A DNA stretch of 17,409 nucleotides, from the NCBI GenBank assembly GCA_050015395.1, contig JBEKBM010000037.1, positions 1 to 17,409 of the forward strand. Reading direction: 5' to 3'. Below are positions 8,491 to 17,089 of this stretch, piece after piece. How positions within the stretch are numbered: the first letter of the stretch is position 1; every line of letters begins with the position of its first letter. Under the pieces are notes generated by a model that was given only the letters and a program-made list of their open reading frames with translations, was not told the origin of the DNA and did not search any database. The stretch is from Candidatus Bathyarchaeia archaeon. Its GTDB lineage: Archaea > Thermoproteota > Bathyarchaeia > Bathyarchaeales > Bathycorpusculaceae. The translations under genes were made by a program, and so were the position numbers.

Positions 8491-9015
8491 TTATTCAGGG
8501 TATATTTCAACGGCGTTCGCAATTAAGAAAATACTGTTTGGAATCTTGGCTGATGGTTGCAGTTTCAATTGCTTATTATACTGATTGAGAACAAATTTTA
8601 GTAGGTAGCAATTTATGGTATAGCTAAAAGTTCTTTTCGAACGTTGCTTTATCCATTGTGCAATTTCGTTTATATCTGTAATCTTGAAATCAGCGATTGC
8701 TTTTGTGAAAGCGACAGCTTCATCAGCATTTGCTCTCAGTTCATAACCATTCAATCTTAGGAAAAGTTTTGTAGTTTCAAATGCTGTTCTCTTGTTGGCA
8801 TCCACAAAGGGATGAAAAGATATAAAAGAATACATTATAGCCCCAGCCTTCAGAAATAATTTTGGAAATGGTTTAAAGTCATAAACAAACGTCATTGCTC
8901 TTTCTAAGCACCCTTCAACCATGCCTTCACACATGTACCCAGAACAACCATACTGTTTAATGAAGATGTCGTGAACTTCTTTAATTGCTGATGCTGTGGG
9001 AGCAAGTATAACCAT
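8491..9015 (-). CDS. doc: Fic/Doc family (death-on-curing type) toxin
   Basis: HPFVDANKRTA matches the Doc-type HxFxD[AG]NKR motif, followed by FLRLNG. About 50 extra C-terminal residues. Confidence 0.85.
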   Translation of the reverse strand: MVILAPTASAIKEVHDIFIKQYGCSGYMCEGMVEGCLERAMTFVYDFKPFPKLFLKAGAIMYSFISFHPFVDANKRTAFETTKLFLRLNGYELRANADEAVAFTKAIADFKITDINEIAQWIKQRSKRTFSYTINCYLLKFVLNQYNKQLKLQPSAKIPNSIFLIANAVEIYPE

Positions 9016-9021
9016 AGGAAG

Positions 9022-9049
9022 GCAACCATCGGAAAGTCAATATGGTTGC
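9022..9049. promoter_or_regulatory. 8-bp stem-loop immediately upstream of the doc start codon
   Basis: GCAACCAT (9022-9029) and ATGGTTGC (9042-9049) form a perfect inverted repeat with a 12-nt loop. Confidence 0.6.
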
Positions 9050-9064
9050 GTGATACTTAAAAAA

Positions 9065-9193
9065 TTACTGTTTGGCTAGTTTCTCGAATAGTTCTTTGTT
9101 CTTGTTGATGTCTTTTTGGAGTAGTAAATGTAAAAGCCTCTTCTGGAAAAACAGAAATGCAGAGCGAATGCTTAGGGGTAATTTTAAAGCCAT
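9065..9193 (-). CDS. Putative Doc antitoxin, 42 aa (51 aa from in-frame ATG 9220); absent from the ORF track
   Basis: Translation MALKLPLSIRSAFLFFQKRLLHLLLQKDINKNKELFEKLAKQ*. It lies just upstream of doc on the same strand. The C-terminal amphipathic NKELFEKLAK resembles the terminal helix of small Doc partners. GGTG(A) SD-like motifs precede both ATGs. Confidence 0.65.
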   Translation of the reverse strand: MALKLPLSIRSAFLFFQKRLLHLLLQKDINKNKELFEKLAKQ

Positions 9194-9331
9194 GTTCAAC
9201 CACCAAGTACGTTTTACCATATTGTATGTCACCACTATTTATTCCTTATTCCAAAATCTACACTTTACTAGATACGATTTATGAAAGCAGACTATGAATA
9301 AGTAAACTACATTTTGGTATTTAGACAGATG

Positions 9332-9354
9332 TTGTTGTAGTTATACTACAACAA
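9332..9354. repeat. Perfect 10-bp palindrome (operator, terminator or element-end candidate)
   Basis: TTGTTGTAGT-TAT-ACTACAACAA. Confidence 0.7.
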
Positions 9355-9360
9355 TTTCAT

Positions 9361-9486
9361 TCATCCAACTTTTGTCGTTTTGCTTGCGTTTTGGATTAGT
9401 GTTTTCCACTTGTTGTCTCCTTCAATGGTTATTCCGCAAGCTTCGCTTGGGGTTTTGCCGTCTAAGCCTTCATGCGGTCGGAAATT
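9361..9486 (-). pseudogene. C-terminal remnant of an archaeal DDE-type transposase/integrase
   Basis: Minus frame encodes NFRPHEGLDGKTPSEACGITIEGDNKWKTLIQNASKTTKVG*. N-x-(x)-RPH-x-x-L-x-G-x-TP is the post-catalytic motif of rve/DDE transposases. Resemblance is lost upstream, with an in-frame stop at 9535-9537. Confidence 0.8.
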
Positions 9487-9638
9487 TTGTAAATATGCAG
9501 GTTTTAGTGAACGCGCAGGGGACAAACTTTCGACTTACGTTCGAACAGTGGAGCAGAATCAAGGCTCTTATAGGGAACTAGCCAGCCAGATGAGTAAGGT
9601 CTCTTTTCCCTTATTGTCGTGGGGAGAGCTTATTAGCC

Positions 9639-9657
9639 AACACTATGGAATAGTGTT
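9639..9657. repeat. Perfect 8-bp palindrome upstream of hsdM
   Basis: AACACTAT-GGA-ATAGTGTT. Confidence 0.6.
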
Positions 9658-9683
9658 TAACCTTTCAGTGGAGCGGTTAAGCT

Positions 9684-11261
9684 ACGGCGAAATCATCAGG
9701 TAAAAATGGCAATGGTTCGAACGGGGCAAATTTGGGTTTTGAGGCGAAGTTGTGGATGGCTGCGGATAAGCTTAGAAACAATATGGATGCTGCTGAATAC
9801 AAGCATGTCGTGTTGGGGCTTATTTTCCTCAAGTATATTTCTGACGCCTTCACCGAAGTCTACAACGAGCTGAAAAATGACCCCGAAAAGCTGGCTGATC
9901 CTGAAGACGTTGACGAGTACAAGGCGCGGAATGCGTTTTGGGTGCCTCCTGAAGCACGTTGGGATTACCTGCAAAAGAACGCTAAGCAGCCCACAATCGG
10001 CTCAATCGTGGACGACGCTATGGACGCAATCGAACGAGACAACGGTTCTCTGAAAGGCGTGTTACCGAAAATTTACGGTCGCGAAAGTCTCGATAAACAA
10101 CGGCTAGGCGAATTAATCGACCTAGTCGGCACGATTGGCTTAGGCGATAGGGAAAGCCGAAGCAAAGACATCCTCGGCAGAGTCTACGAGTATTTCCTTG
10201 GACAGTTTGCTGATGCAGAGGGCAAAAAAGGCGGACAATTCTACACGCCTCGGAGCATTGTGCAGTTACTAGTAGCCATGATTGAGCCGTTCAAGGGCAG
10301 AGTCTTAGACCCCTGCTGTGGCAGCGGCGGCATGTTCATCCAAAGCGAAAAATTCGTTGAAACCCACCAGGGCAGGCTAGACAACATCAATGTTTACGGT
10401 CAAGAATCCAACCAGACTACCTGGCGACTCTGCAAAATGAACCTAGCCATACGCCACATCGAATCCAAATTCGTCATCTGGAACAACGAAGGCAGCTTCC
10501 AAAACGACGCCCACAAAGACCTAAAAGCCGACTACCTCCTCGCAAATCCCCCGTTTAATGACTCTGACTGGAAAGGCGAAATGCTCAGAGATGACATACG
10601 CTGGAAATACGGCGCCCCACCAGTAGGAAACGCCAACTTCGCATGGGTCCAACACTTCATACATCACTTAGCACCACGAGGAATCGCGGGCTTTGTCCTT
10701 GCCAACGGCTCCATGAGCTCCAACATATCAAACGAAGGTGAAATACGCAAAAACATAGTCGAAGCCGATTTAGTGGACTGCATGATAGCCTTACCCTCAC
10801 AACTATTCTACAACACCATGATACCAGCCTGCTTATGGTTCATAGCCAGAGACAAACAAAACAACAAATTCAGAGACCGCAGAGGCGAAGTCTTATTCAT
10901 AGACGCAAGAAAATTCGGCGTAATGGTGGACAGAAGACACCGAGAGCTAACTACAGAAGACATCAAGAAGGTTTCGGATACTTATCATGCTTGGCGAGGT
11001 GAGTTAATAGAAGGACAAAAAGTAGAGTATGAGGATATTGCTGGCTTCTGCAAAGCAGTAAAACTTAACGAAATTAGAAAACAAGATTATATGCTGACTC
11101 CAGGCAGGTATGTTGGCACAGAAGAGGAAGAGGAAGAAGGAGAAACGTTTGAGGAAAAAATGCAGAGACTCATAGATGAATTAGCCGAGCAAATGAAGGA
11201 AGAAGACAGACTTGATGAAGCAATAAAGAAGAATTTGGAAAGTATAGGTTATGGCCTCTAA
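9684..11261 (+). CDS. hsdM: Type I restriction-modification methyltransferase subunit M (m6A)
   Basis: [25 protein letters not shown], motif I DPCCGSGG, motif [14 protein letters not shown]. The frame is open from 9681. The homologous start seems to be ACG at 9684; the first canonical start is TTG at 9732. Confidence 0.95.
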   Translation, partial: TAKSSGKNGNGSNGANLGFEAKLWMAADKLRNNMDAAEYKHVVLGLIFLKYISDAFTEVYNELKNDPEKLADPEDVDEYKARNAFWVPPEARWDYLQKNAKQPTIGSIVDDAMDAIERDNGSLKGVLPKIYGRESLDKQRLGELIDLVGTIGLGDRESRSKDILGRVYEYFLGQFADAEGKKGGQFYTPRSIVQLLVAMIEPFKGRVLDPCCGSGGMFIQSEKFVETHQGRLDNINVYGQESNQTTWRLCKMNLAIRHIESKFVIWNNEGSFQNDAHKDLKADYLLANPPFNDSDWKGEMLRDDIRWKYGAPPVGNANFAWVQHFIHHLAPRGIAGFVLANGSMSSNISNEGEIRKNIVEADLVDCMIALPSQLFYNTMIPACLWFIARDKQNNKFRDRRGEVLFIDARKFGVMVDRRHRELTTEDIKKVSDTYHAWRGELIEGQKVEYEDIAGFCKAVKLNEIRKQDYMLTPGRYVGTEEEEEEGETFEEKMQRLIDELAEQMKEEDRLDEAIKKNLESIGYGL

Positions 11262-12555
11262 AGAACAATCGCTACTCCAAGTTACTGTTGTTGGACAAAT
11301 ACCCAAAGATTGGAAAATTAGTCAGATAGAAGATGTTACGTTAAGAGTCTGCGTTGGCTTCGTAGGTTCTTGTTTCGAGGATTATTGCGACCGAGAGAAT
11401 GGCGTTCCGATGATAAGAACGACAAATCTATCTGAAGATGGACTGATTTTTTCAGATTTAAAATATGTAACTAAGGAATTTCATTCAAAAAATAAGAAGT
11501 CACAATTAGCGAAGGGAGATATTGTAGTCGCTAGACACGGAGATAGTGGGAAGGCTTGTTACTATGATGCTGAATTTGAGTCGAATTGCTTGAATATCAT
11601 CGTAATAAGACCAGACAAAACTAAATGTATTCCCAAATTTTTGTTGTATTCATTCAGGAGTCCTCAAGTAAGAAGGCAAATTGAAGCAAGCATTGTTGGC
11701 AGCGTTCAGGGTGTCCTAAATACCAAAATTGTTGCAAAGATTAAGCTTGCTCTTCCAAGAATTGAGGAGCAAAAAAGTATTGCAGATGTTCTTTCAAATT
11801 TGGATTCTAAAATTATTTTTAACCAAAAGATGAACAAGACTCTTGAGGCTGTTGGTCAGGCTGTTTTTAAGCGTTGGTTTGTAGATTTTGAGTTTCCAAA
11901 CGAAGAAGGCAAGCCCTATAAATCATCAGGTGGAGAAATGCCTAACTCTGCTATGGGAGAAATACCAAAGGGGTGGGCGATTGGCGGATTAGATGATATT
12001 TGTGAGATAACCATGGGTCAATCGCCGCCGGGCGAGACCTATAATGAAACAGGAGCGGGCGTTCCTTTCTTCCAAGGAGTTCGAGATTTTGGTTTTCGTT
12101 TTCCAAGCAGACGCATTTACTGTACGGCACCGACACGATTTGCAGAAGTGGGGGATGTTCTTCTGAGTGTTAGAGCGCCAGTGGGTAGTCTAAATGTGGC
12201 TGAAGAGCGTTGTGCAATTGGACGTGGCGTTGCCGCACTCCATTTGAAAGGGAAGCACAACGGTTTTCTTTACTATTTGTTGCTCGCCACACGCTCAGGT
12301 TGGGAAAAGTACGAATCAGAAGGAACTGTTTTTGGATCAGCCACAAAACAAGACGTACATGACTTCAAAATAGTAATACCCGCAGAGAATTTGCGAGACC
12401 AATTCGGCGAGCTAATCGAACCTTTGGACAAGCGGATACTTCTTAATGAAAGGGAATCTCACAATTTAACCATGATTCGCGATTCTCTTCTTCCCCGATT
12501 GATGTCTGGAAAAACCAGAGTTCCAATTCCAAAAGAAAACGGAGAGGCGCAATAA
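11251..12555 (+). CDS. hsdS: Type I restriction-modification specificity subunit S (two TRDs)
   Basis: [16 protein letters not shown], central [27 protein letters not shown], and terminal [11 protein letters not shown]. Overlaps the hsdM stop and the hsdR start (TAATG). Confidence 0.95.
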   Translation: MASKEQSLLQVTVVGQIPKDWKISQIEDVTLRVCVGFVGSCFEDYCDRENGVPMIRTTNLSEDGLIFSDLKYVTKEFHSKNKKSQLAKGDIVVARHGDSGKACYYDAEFESNCLNIIVIRPDKTKCIPKFLLYSFRSPQVRRQIEASIVGSVQGVLNTKIVAKIKLALPRIEEQKSIADVLSNLDSKIIFNQKMNKTLEAVGQAVFKRWFVDFEFPNEEGKPYKSSGGEMPNSAMGEIPKGWAIGGLDDICEITMGQSPPGETYNETGAGVPFFQGVRDFGFRFPSRRIYCTAPTRFAEVGDVLLSVRAPVGSLNVAEERCAIGRGVAALHLKGKHNGFLYYLLLATRSGWEKYESEGTVFGSATKQDVHDFKIVIPAENLRDQFGELIEPLDKRILLNERESHNLTMIRDSLLPRLMSGKTRVPIPKENGEAQ

Positions 12556-15500
12556 TGTCTAAAATTATTACCGAGTCAGAAGTTGAAGATGTTTGTCTTG
12601 GCATGCTGAAAGACCTCGGTTATGGCCTGTGTTATGGTCCTGACATTTCTGAGGGTGGCGGTGCTGAAGAGCGGAAGTATAGTGAAGTTGTGCTTGTTGG
12701 CAGGTTAAGAGATGCTCTTAAGCGAATTAACAAGTCTATTCCTGATGGCGCGATAGATGAGGCTGTTAAGAAGGTTCTGAGAACTGAGAGCCAAGATTTA
12801 GTCGTTAATAACCAGCTTTTCCACAGGTTAGTGGCAAATGGAGTTAACGTTCAGTACAAGAGACCCGACGGCAGCATCAAAGACGAGCCAGCCTGGCTTT
12901 TCGACTTTAACGATGTAACTAACAATGAGTTTTTGGCAGTAAACCAGTTCACAATAATTGAGGAGCGCAACAACCGTCGTCCCGACATTGTTTTGTTTGT
13001 TAACGGCTTGCCACTTGTCCTAATTGAACTTAAGAATCCTGCAGATGAGAACGCAACATTACTATCTGCCTTCAAGCAGTTTGGGACGTATCAGAAAGAG
13101 ATTCCATCCGTCTTCAGGTTCAACGAAATATTAGTCATCAGCGATGGAACCTGCGCGAAAGCTGGAACTATGACTTCTAAAGAAGAACGCTTCTCCCCAT
13201 GGAAAACCATCAACGGCAAAAAAACGCCAACTTCCACGCCCCAAATTGAAGTTCTCCTAAAGGGCATGCTAAAACCCGAAGTCCTACTCGACTTGGTCAG
13301 GCACTTTGTAGTTTACGAGGCTGAAAAAGACAAAGAAGGCAACATAAAAACCTCCAAAAAAATCGCCGCCTATCAACAATACAACGCAGTGCAGAAAGCT
13401 CTCGCCTCAACAGTCGCCGCCACAAAGAAAGACCACAAAGCGGGCATCGTCTGGCACACGCAAGGCTCAGGCAAAAGCCTAACAATGGTTTTCTACACGG
13501 GCAAAATGGTTTTGGAGCCGCAGCTTGAAAACCCGACAGTTGTTTTGTTAACCGATAGAAATGACTTAGATGACCAGCTCTTTGGAACCTTCGGCAGATG
13601 CCACGAACTGCTCAGGCAAAAACCAGAACAAGCCACAACCAGAGAACGACTCATGGAACTGCTTCAAGTTTCATCGGGCGGAATCATATTTACAACCATC
13701 CAAAAATTCTTCCCAGAAGGCAAAACCAAAGAATACCCGCTACTATCCGAAAGAAGCAACATCATAATAATCGCTGATGAAGCTCACAGGAGCCAGTACG
13801 GTTTTGGGCTTAAAGTTCCAAAGAATGCAGACAAAGACGCGCTCAAGTATGGATACGCGAAGTACCTTCGAGATGCATTGCCTAACGCCACTTTTATCGG
13901 CTTCACGGGAACGCCCATAGAAAGAGCCGACCGAAGCACACCCGCAGTCTTCGGCAAAGTCATAGACACCTACGACATAAACCAAGCCGTGGAAGACGGC
14001 TCAACCGTAAAAATCTTCTACGAAAGCCGACTAGCAAAACTGGAACTAAAACCTGAGGAACGACCGTACATTGACGAGGAATTTGAGGAAATTACGGAAG
14101 GCGAAGAAGTAGAGAGCAAAGAATACCTAAAAAGCAAATGGTCCAGACTCGAAAAAGTCGTCGGCAGCCCAGCACGAATCAAACGCATAGCCAAAGACAT
14201 AATCGAACACTGGGACAACCGAGTTTCAGTTCTTGACGGCAAAGCAATGATAGTGTGCATGAGCCGCCGAATCTGCGTAGACCTGCATAACGAAATCATC
14301 AAACTCAAACCCGAATGGTACAACAAAGACGACGACAAGGGCACCCTAAAAGTTGTAATGACTGGATCAGCGGACGACGGGCCAGAATGGCAAGAACACA
14401 TCCGAAACAAACAACGCAGACACGACCTTGGCGAACGCATGAAAGACCCATCCGATCCTATGAAGATTGCCATTGTGAGAGACATGTGGCTAACGGGGTT
14501 CGACGCGCCAAGCCTCCATACAATGTACCTCGACAAACCGATGAAAGGGTACACGCTTATGCAAGCTATTGCCCGTGTCAACCGCGTTTTCAAAGACAAA
14601 GAGGGCGGCTTAATAGTCGATTACATCGGTATAGCCAACGACCTGAGAAAAGCTCTTGCGGAGTACACGGAAACCGACAAGAAACTAACAGGCATCCCAC
14701 AAGAACAAGCAGTAGCAATAATGCAGGAAAAATACGAAGTCATCTTAGCGTTCTTCCGAGGCTTCGACTACAAGAAATTCTTTGAAGTGGAACCCAGAGA
14801 AAGAATGACCATAATAATGCAAGCAATGGAACAAGTCCTAAAACAGGAAAAAGGCAAAGAACGCTACCTCAAAGAAACCAACGCCCTACTGCGGGCTTTC
14901 GCCCTTGCCGTGCCACATGAAGACGCCATGAAAATCAGAGACGACGTAGGATTCTTCCAAGCAGTCCGCGCAGCCATAGCCAAAAACACCGAAACCAAAG
15001 CCGAAATCGAAGCCCAAAACATAGACACCGCAATAAAGCAAATCATTTCCAAAGCCATCGTATCCGACCGCGTAATCGACGTGTTCGCAGCGGCAGGATT
15101 CAAAAAACCCAATGTAGCAATTTTAGACGAAGACTTCTTAGCTGAAGTAAAAGAAATGCCCCAAAAGAACCTTGCCTTTGAAATGCTCAAAAAACTCCTC
15201 AACGACGAAATCCGATTCAGACAGAAAAAGAACCTTGTCCAAGCCCGTTCATTTGAAGAACTCCTTGACAAGTCAATTAAGGCATACACTAACAAGAGCA
15301 TCGAAGCCGCCCAAGTTATACAGCAACTTATTGACCTTGCTAGGAAAATGCGTGAAGAACAAAAACGAGGTACAGAGCTACATCTGACGGAAGATGAAGT
15401 TGCATTCTACGATGCACTTGCAGACCATGCAGGTGTGCGGGAAGTTATGGGCGACGAAACCCTCAAAACCATCGCTAGAGAGCTTGTGCAGACAGTCAGA

Positions 15501-15677
15501 AATAACGTGACCATTGACTGGACACTACGAGACAATGTTCAAGCAAAACTTAGAATAATGGTCAAACACATACTCAAAAAATACGGATACCCACCAGACA
15601 AACAACAAAAAGCCACCGACACCGTCCTAGACCAAGCAAAACTCCTCTGCAAAGACTGGGCAGAAACCCAAAACTAG
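12555..15677 (+). CDS. hsdR: Type I restriction endonuclease subunit R
   Basis: Nuclease motif [19 protein letters not shown], Walker [35 protein letters not shown] and C-terminal YGYPPD. 1040 aa, uninterrupted. Confidence 0.97.
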   Translation: MSKIITESEVEDVCLGMLKDLGYGLCYGPDISEGGGAEERKYSEVVLVGRLRDALKRINKSIPDGAIDEAVKKVLRTESQDLVVNNQLFHRLVANGVNVQYKRPDGSIKDEPAWLFDFNDVTNNEFLAVNQFTIIEERNNRRPDIVLFVNGLPLVLIELKNPADENATLLSAFKQFGTYQKEIPSVFRFNEILVISDGTCAKAGTMTSKEERFSPWKTINGKKTPTSTPQIEVLLKGMLKPEVLLDLVRHFVVYEAEKDKEGNIKTSKKIAAYQQYNAVQKALASTVAATKKDHKAGIVWHTQGSGKSLTMVFYTGKMVLEPQLENPTVVLLTDRNDLDDQLFGTFGRCHELLRQKPEQATTRERLMELLQVSSGGIIFTTIQKFFPEGKTKEYPLLSERSNIIIIADEAHRSQYGFGLKVPKNADKDALKYGYAKYLRDALPNATFIGFTGTPIERADRSTPAVFGKVIDTYDINQAVEDGSTVKIFYESRLAKLELKPEERPYIDEEFEEITEGEEVESKEYLKSKWSRLEKVVGSPARIKRIAKDIIEHWDNRVSVLDGKAMIVCMSRRICVDLHNEIIKLKPEWYNKDDDKGTLKVVMTGSADDGPEWQEHIRNKQRRHDLGERMKDPSDPMKIAIVRDMWLTGFDAPSLHTMYLDKPMKGYTLMQAIARVNRVFKDKEGGLIVDYIGIANDLRKALAEYTETDKKLTGIPQEQAVAIMQEKYEVILAFFRGFDYKKFFEVEPRERMTIIMQAMEQVLKQEKGKERYLKETNALLRAFALAVPHEDAMKIRDDVGFFQAVRAAIAKNTETKAEIEAQNIDTAIKQIISKAIVSDRVIDVFAAAGFKKPNVAILDEDFLAEVKEMPQKNLAFEMLKKLLNDEIRFRQKKNLVQARSFEELLDKSIKAYTNKSIEAAQVIQQLIDLARKMREEQKRGTELHLTEDEVAFYDALADHAGVREVMGDETLKTIARELVQTVRNNVTIDWTLRDNVQAKLRIMVKHILKKYGYPPDKQQKATDTVLDQAKLLCKDWAETQN

Positions 15678-15788
15678 CCTAATTCACGACAAAACCATGT
15701 ACAAAAGCATCGTTCTGCATGCAAAAGTGCGCACCTCAATTCTATGTTGAAGTATGTTGATTCATGTTTGGCGCCTATTAGGATCATC

Positions 15789-16044
15789 TAGTAGACCGGG
15801 TAGGTAGGCTGTGAGAGAGAAACAGACCGGGGTAGGCGGTGAGAGAAGAATGGGGAGGTAGGTGGGTTTGATCGGGTTGTGAGTGAGAGTTTGCGAAGTG
15901 ATTTCTATAAATCATTGTGCCTATATTGACGCTTTATATAGGCTTTTTAAGAATCCTGCACAATTAACGCTTAAATTAAGTCCTAAACCAAAAAATAAAC
16001 CGAAAACAAGCCCTGAACCGCCTACCGTTAGACCTACCCTACTA
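15789..16044. repeat. Non-coding block of direct and nested inverted repeats
   Basis: Direct: AGACCGGGTAGGTAGGCTGTGAGAGA (15793-15818) resembles AGACCGGGGTAGGCGGTGAGAGA (15824-15846). Inverted: GGTAGGCGGT 15831-15840 / ACCGCCTACC 16017-16026, GGGTAGGT 15798-15805 / ACCTACCC 16032-16039, and central GCCTATAT 15919-15926 / ATATAGGC 15936-15943. Confidence 0.7.
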
Positions 16045-16230
16045 TTTGTGCCAAAAAAACAGCACAAAAAGCAGCTTGACCTAAAGGTATACCCTAATTT
16101 TTAAACAAGAAACCACCAAGTAAAAATTAAGCAAAAAGACACGCAGATAGCGCCCCAATAGCTCGGATGTTTAGGTTCTGATAAGCTAATATACCGTAAA
16201 ATCCATGTCTAGCTTAAGGAAGCAAACGTT

Positions 16231-16782
16231 ATGGATGTCTTTGAAGCTGTACAGGAAAGAAGGTCAATCCGCGCCTACAAGGACACTGCTGTGCCAAGAG
16301 AGAAGTTGGAGAAGATTTTGGAGGCTGGGAGACTTGCGCCTTCAGCTAAGAACATTGAGCCCTGGCATTTTATTGCAGTTACTGACGGCGAGAAAAGAAA
16401 AATCCTCTCAAAGGGCAGATACGCAAAATTCCTTGCTGAAGCACCACTTGTGATTGTTGCATGCGGCGACAAGAAAGCCTCGCCAGACTGGTACATCATC
16501 GACGTTGCGTTAGCAGTGGAGAACATGGTTTTAACCGCCACAAGCGAAGGCTTAAGCACCTGTTGCATTGGAAGCTTCGACGAGAAAGAGGTAAAGGAAA
16601 CAGTGAAGGTTCCCAGTAACTTTGAGGTTCTTTTGCTTTTAGCGGTTGGCTACTCACGAGAGAAACTTGATTTATCAAGCAAGCTTTTGCATCTTGTGCG
16701 TTCAAGAAAAACCCTCAGCGAAGTTGCAAGCGAAGAAACGTTTGGAAAACGTTTAATGCCGCAAAAAGTCTCAGAACTTTAA
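16231..16782 (+). CDS. Nitroreductase family flavoprotein
   Basis: RRSIRAY, LAPSAKN.EPWHF, DVALAVENMVL.ATSEGL.TC.IG, AVGY. Confidence 0.92.
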   Translation: MDVFEAVQERRSIRAYKDTAVPREKLEKILEAGRLAPSAKNIEPWHFIAVTDGEKRKILSKGRYAKFLAEAPLVIVACGDKKASPDWYIIDVALAVENMVLTATSEGLSTCCIGSFDEKEVKETVKVPSNFEVLLLLAVGYSREKLDLSSKLLHLVRSRKTLSEVASEETFGKRLMPQKVSEL

Positions 16783-16964
16783 AGCAGCATCTTTTGCTTT
16801 TCTCCAGAAACCAAAGTTCAAACATTAACGTCGATGAGCCTGACTTTGCGTTAAGTTGTGTAATAATCTTTTTTGCCCTTTTTCGCTAGAGGTTTAGCGG
16901 TCAGGTCTCGGGGGCTAATTTTTCAATTCGGCTCAGGGTCTCAAATATTACAAGCGACTGTTTA

Positions 16965-17002
16965 CCAAACAACGACGCAGAAAAATGAAAATTACAAAAC
17001 TA
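16965..17002 (-). terminator. Possible T-rich terminator downstream of the 23S rRNA
   Basis: Minus strand reads GTTTTGTAATTTTCATTTTTCTG about 90-120 nt past the 23S 3' end. Confidence 0.35.
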
Positions 17003-17089
17003 TGACAATACGCCATGCACAGGACAAACAAGACTACGCACACTTCACACCGAAACTGTTCACGCAAATATCGCTCAAACACCATCAAT

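Noticed and set aside
9072-9284. 70-aa plus-strand ORF
   Set aside because: It is antisense to the better-supported antitoxin-like ORF and has no recognisable features.
9316-9662. Terminal inverted repeats for the IS remnant (GGTATTTAGACA vs reverse complement GGTTAAACACT)
   Set aside because: The match is too weak and no target-site duplication is visible, so the element ends cannot be defined from this window.
9380-9703. Plus-strand ORFs 9372-9581 and 9380-9703
   Set aside because: They are antisense to the recognisable transposase remnant and have no motifs; most likely shadow ORFs.
11121-11140. GAA/GAG run (poly-Glu) in hsdM as a phase-variation tract
   Set aside because: It is a mixed-codon, in-frame acidic linker common at the HsdM C-terminus, not a slippage repeat that would shift frame.
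12851-15387. Several alternative-frame and antisense ORFs within hsdR (up to 193 aa)
   Set aside because: They are explained by the biased codon endings of the intact hsdR, and their translations are not protein-like.
15793-15870. Possible CRISPR mini-array
   Set aside because: There are only two degenerate units with about 5 nt between them, no spacer-length intervals and no cas genes.
15883-16104. 73-aa ORF across the repeat block
   Set aside because: Its low-complexity K/P-rich translation reflects the A/C-rich arm of the repeat element, and it has no clear family motif.
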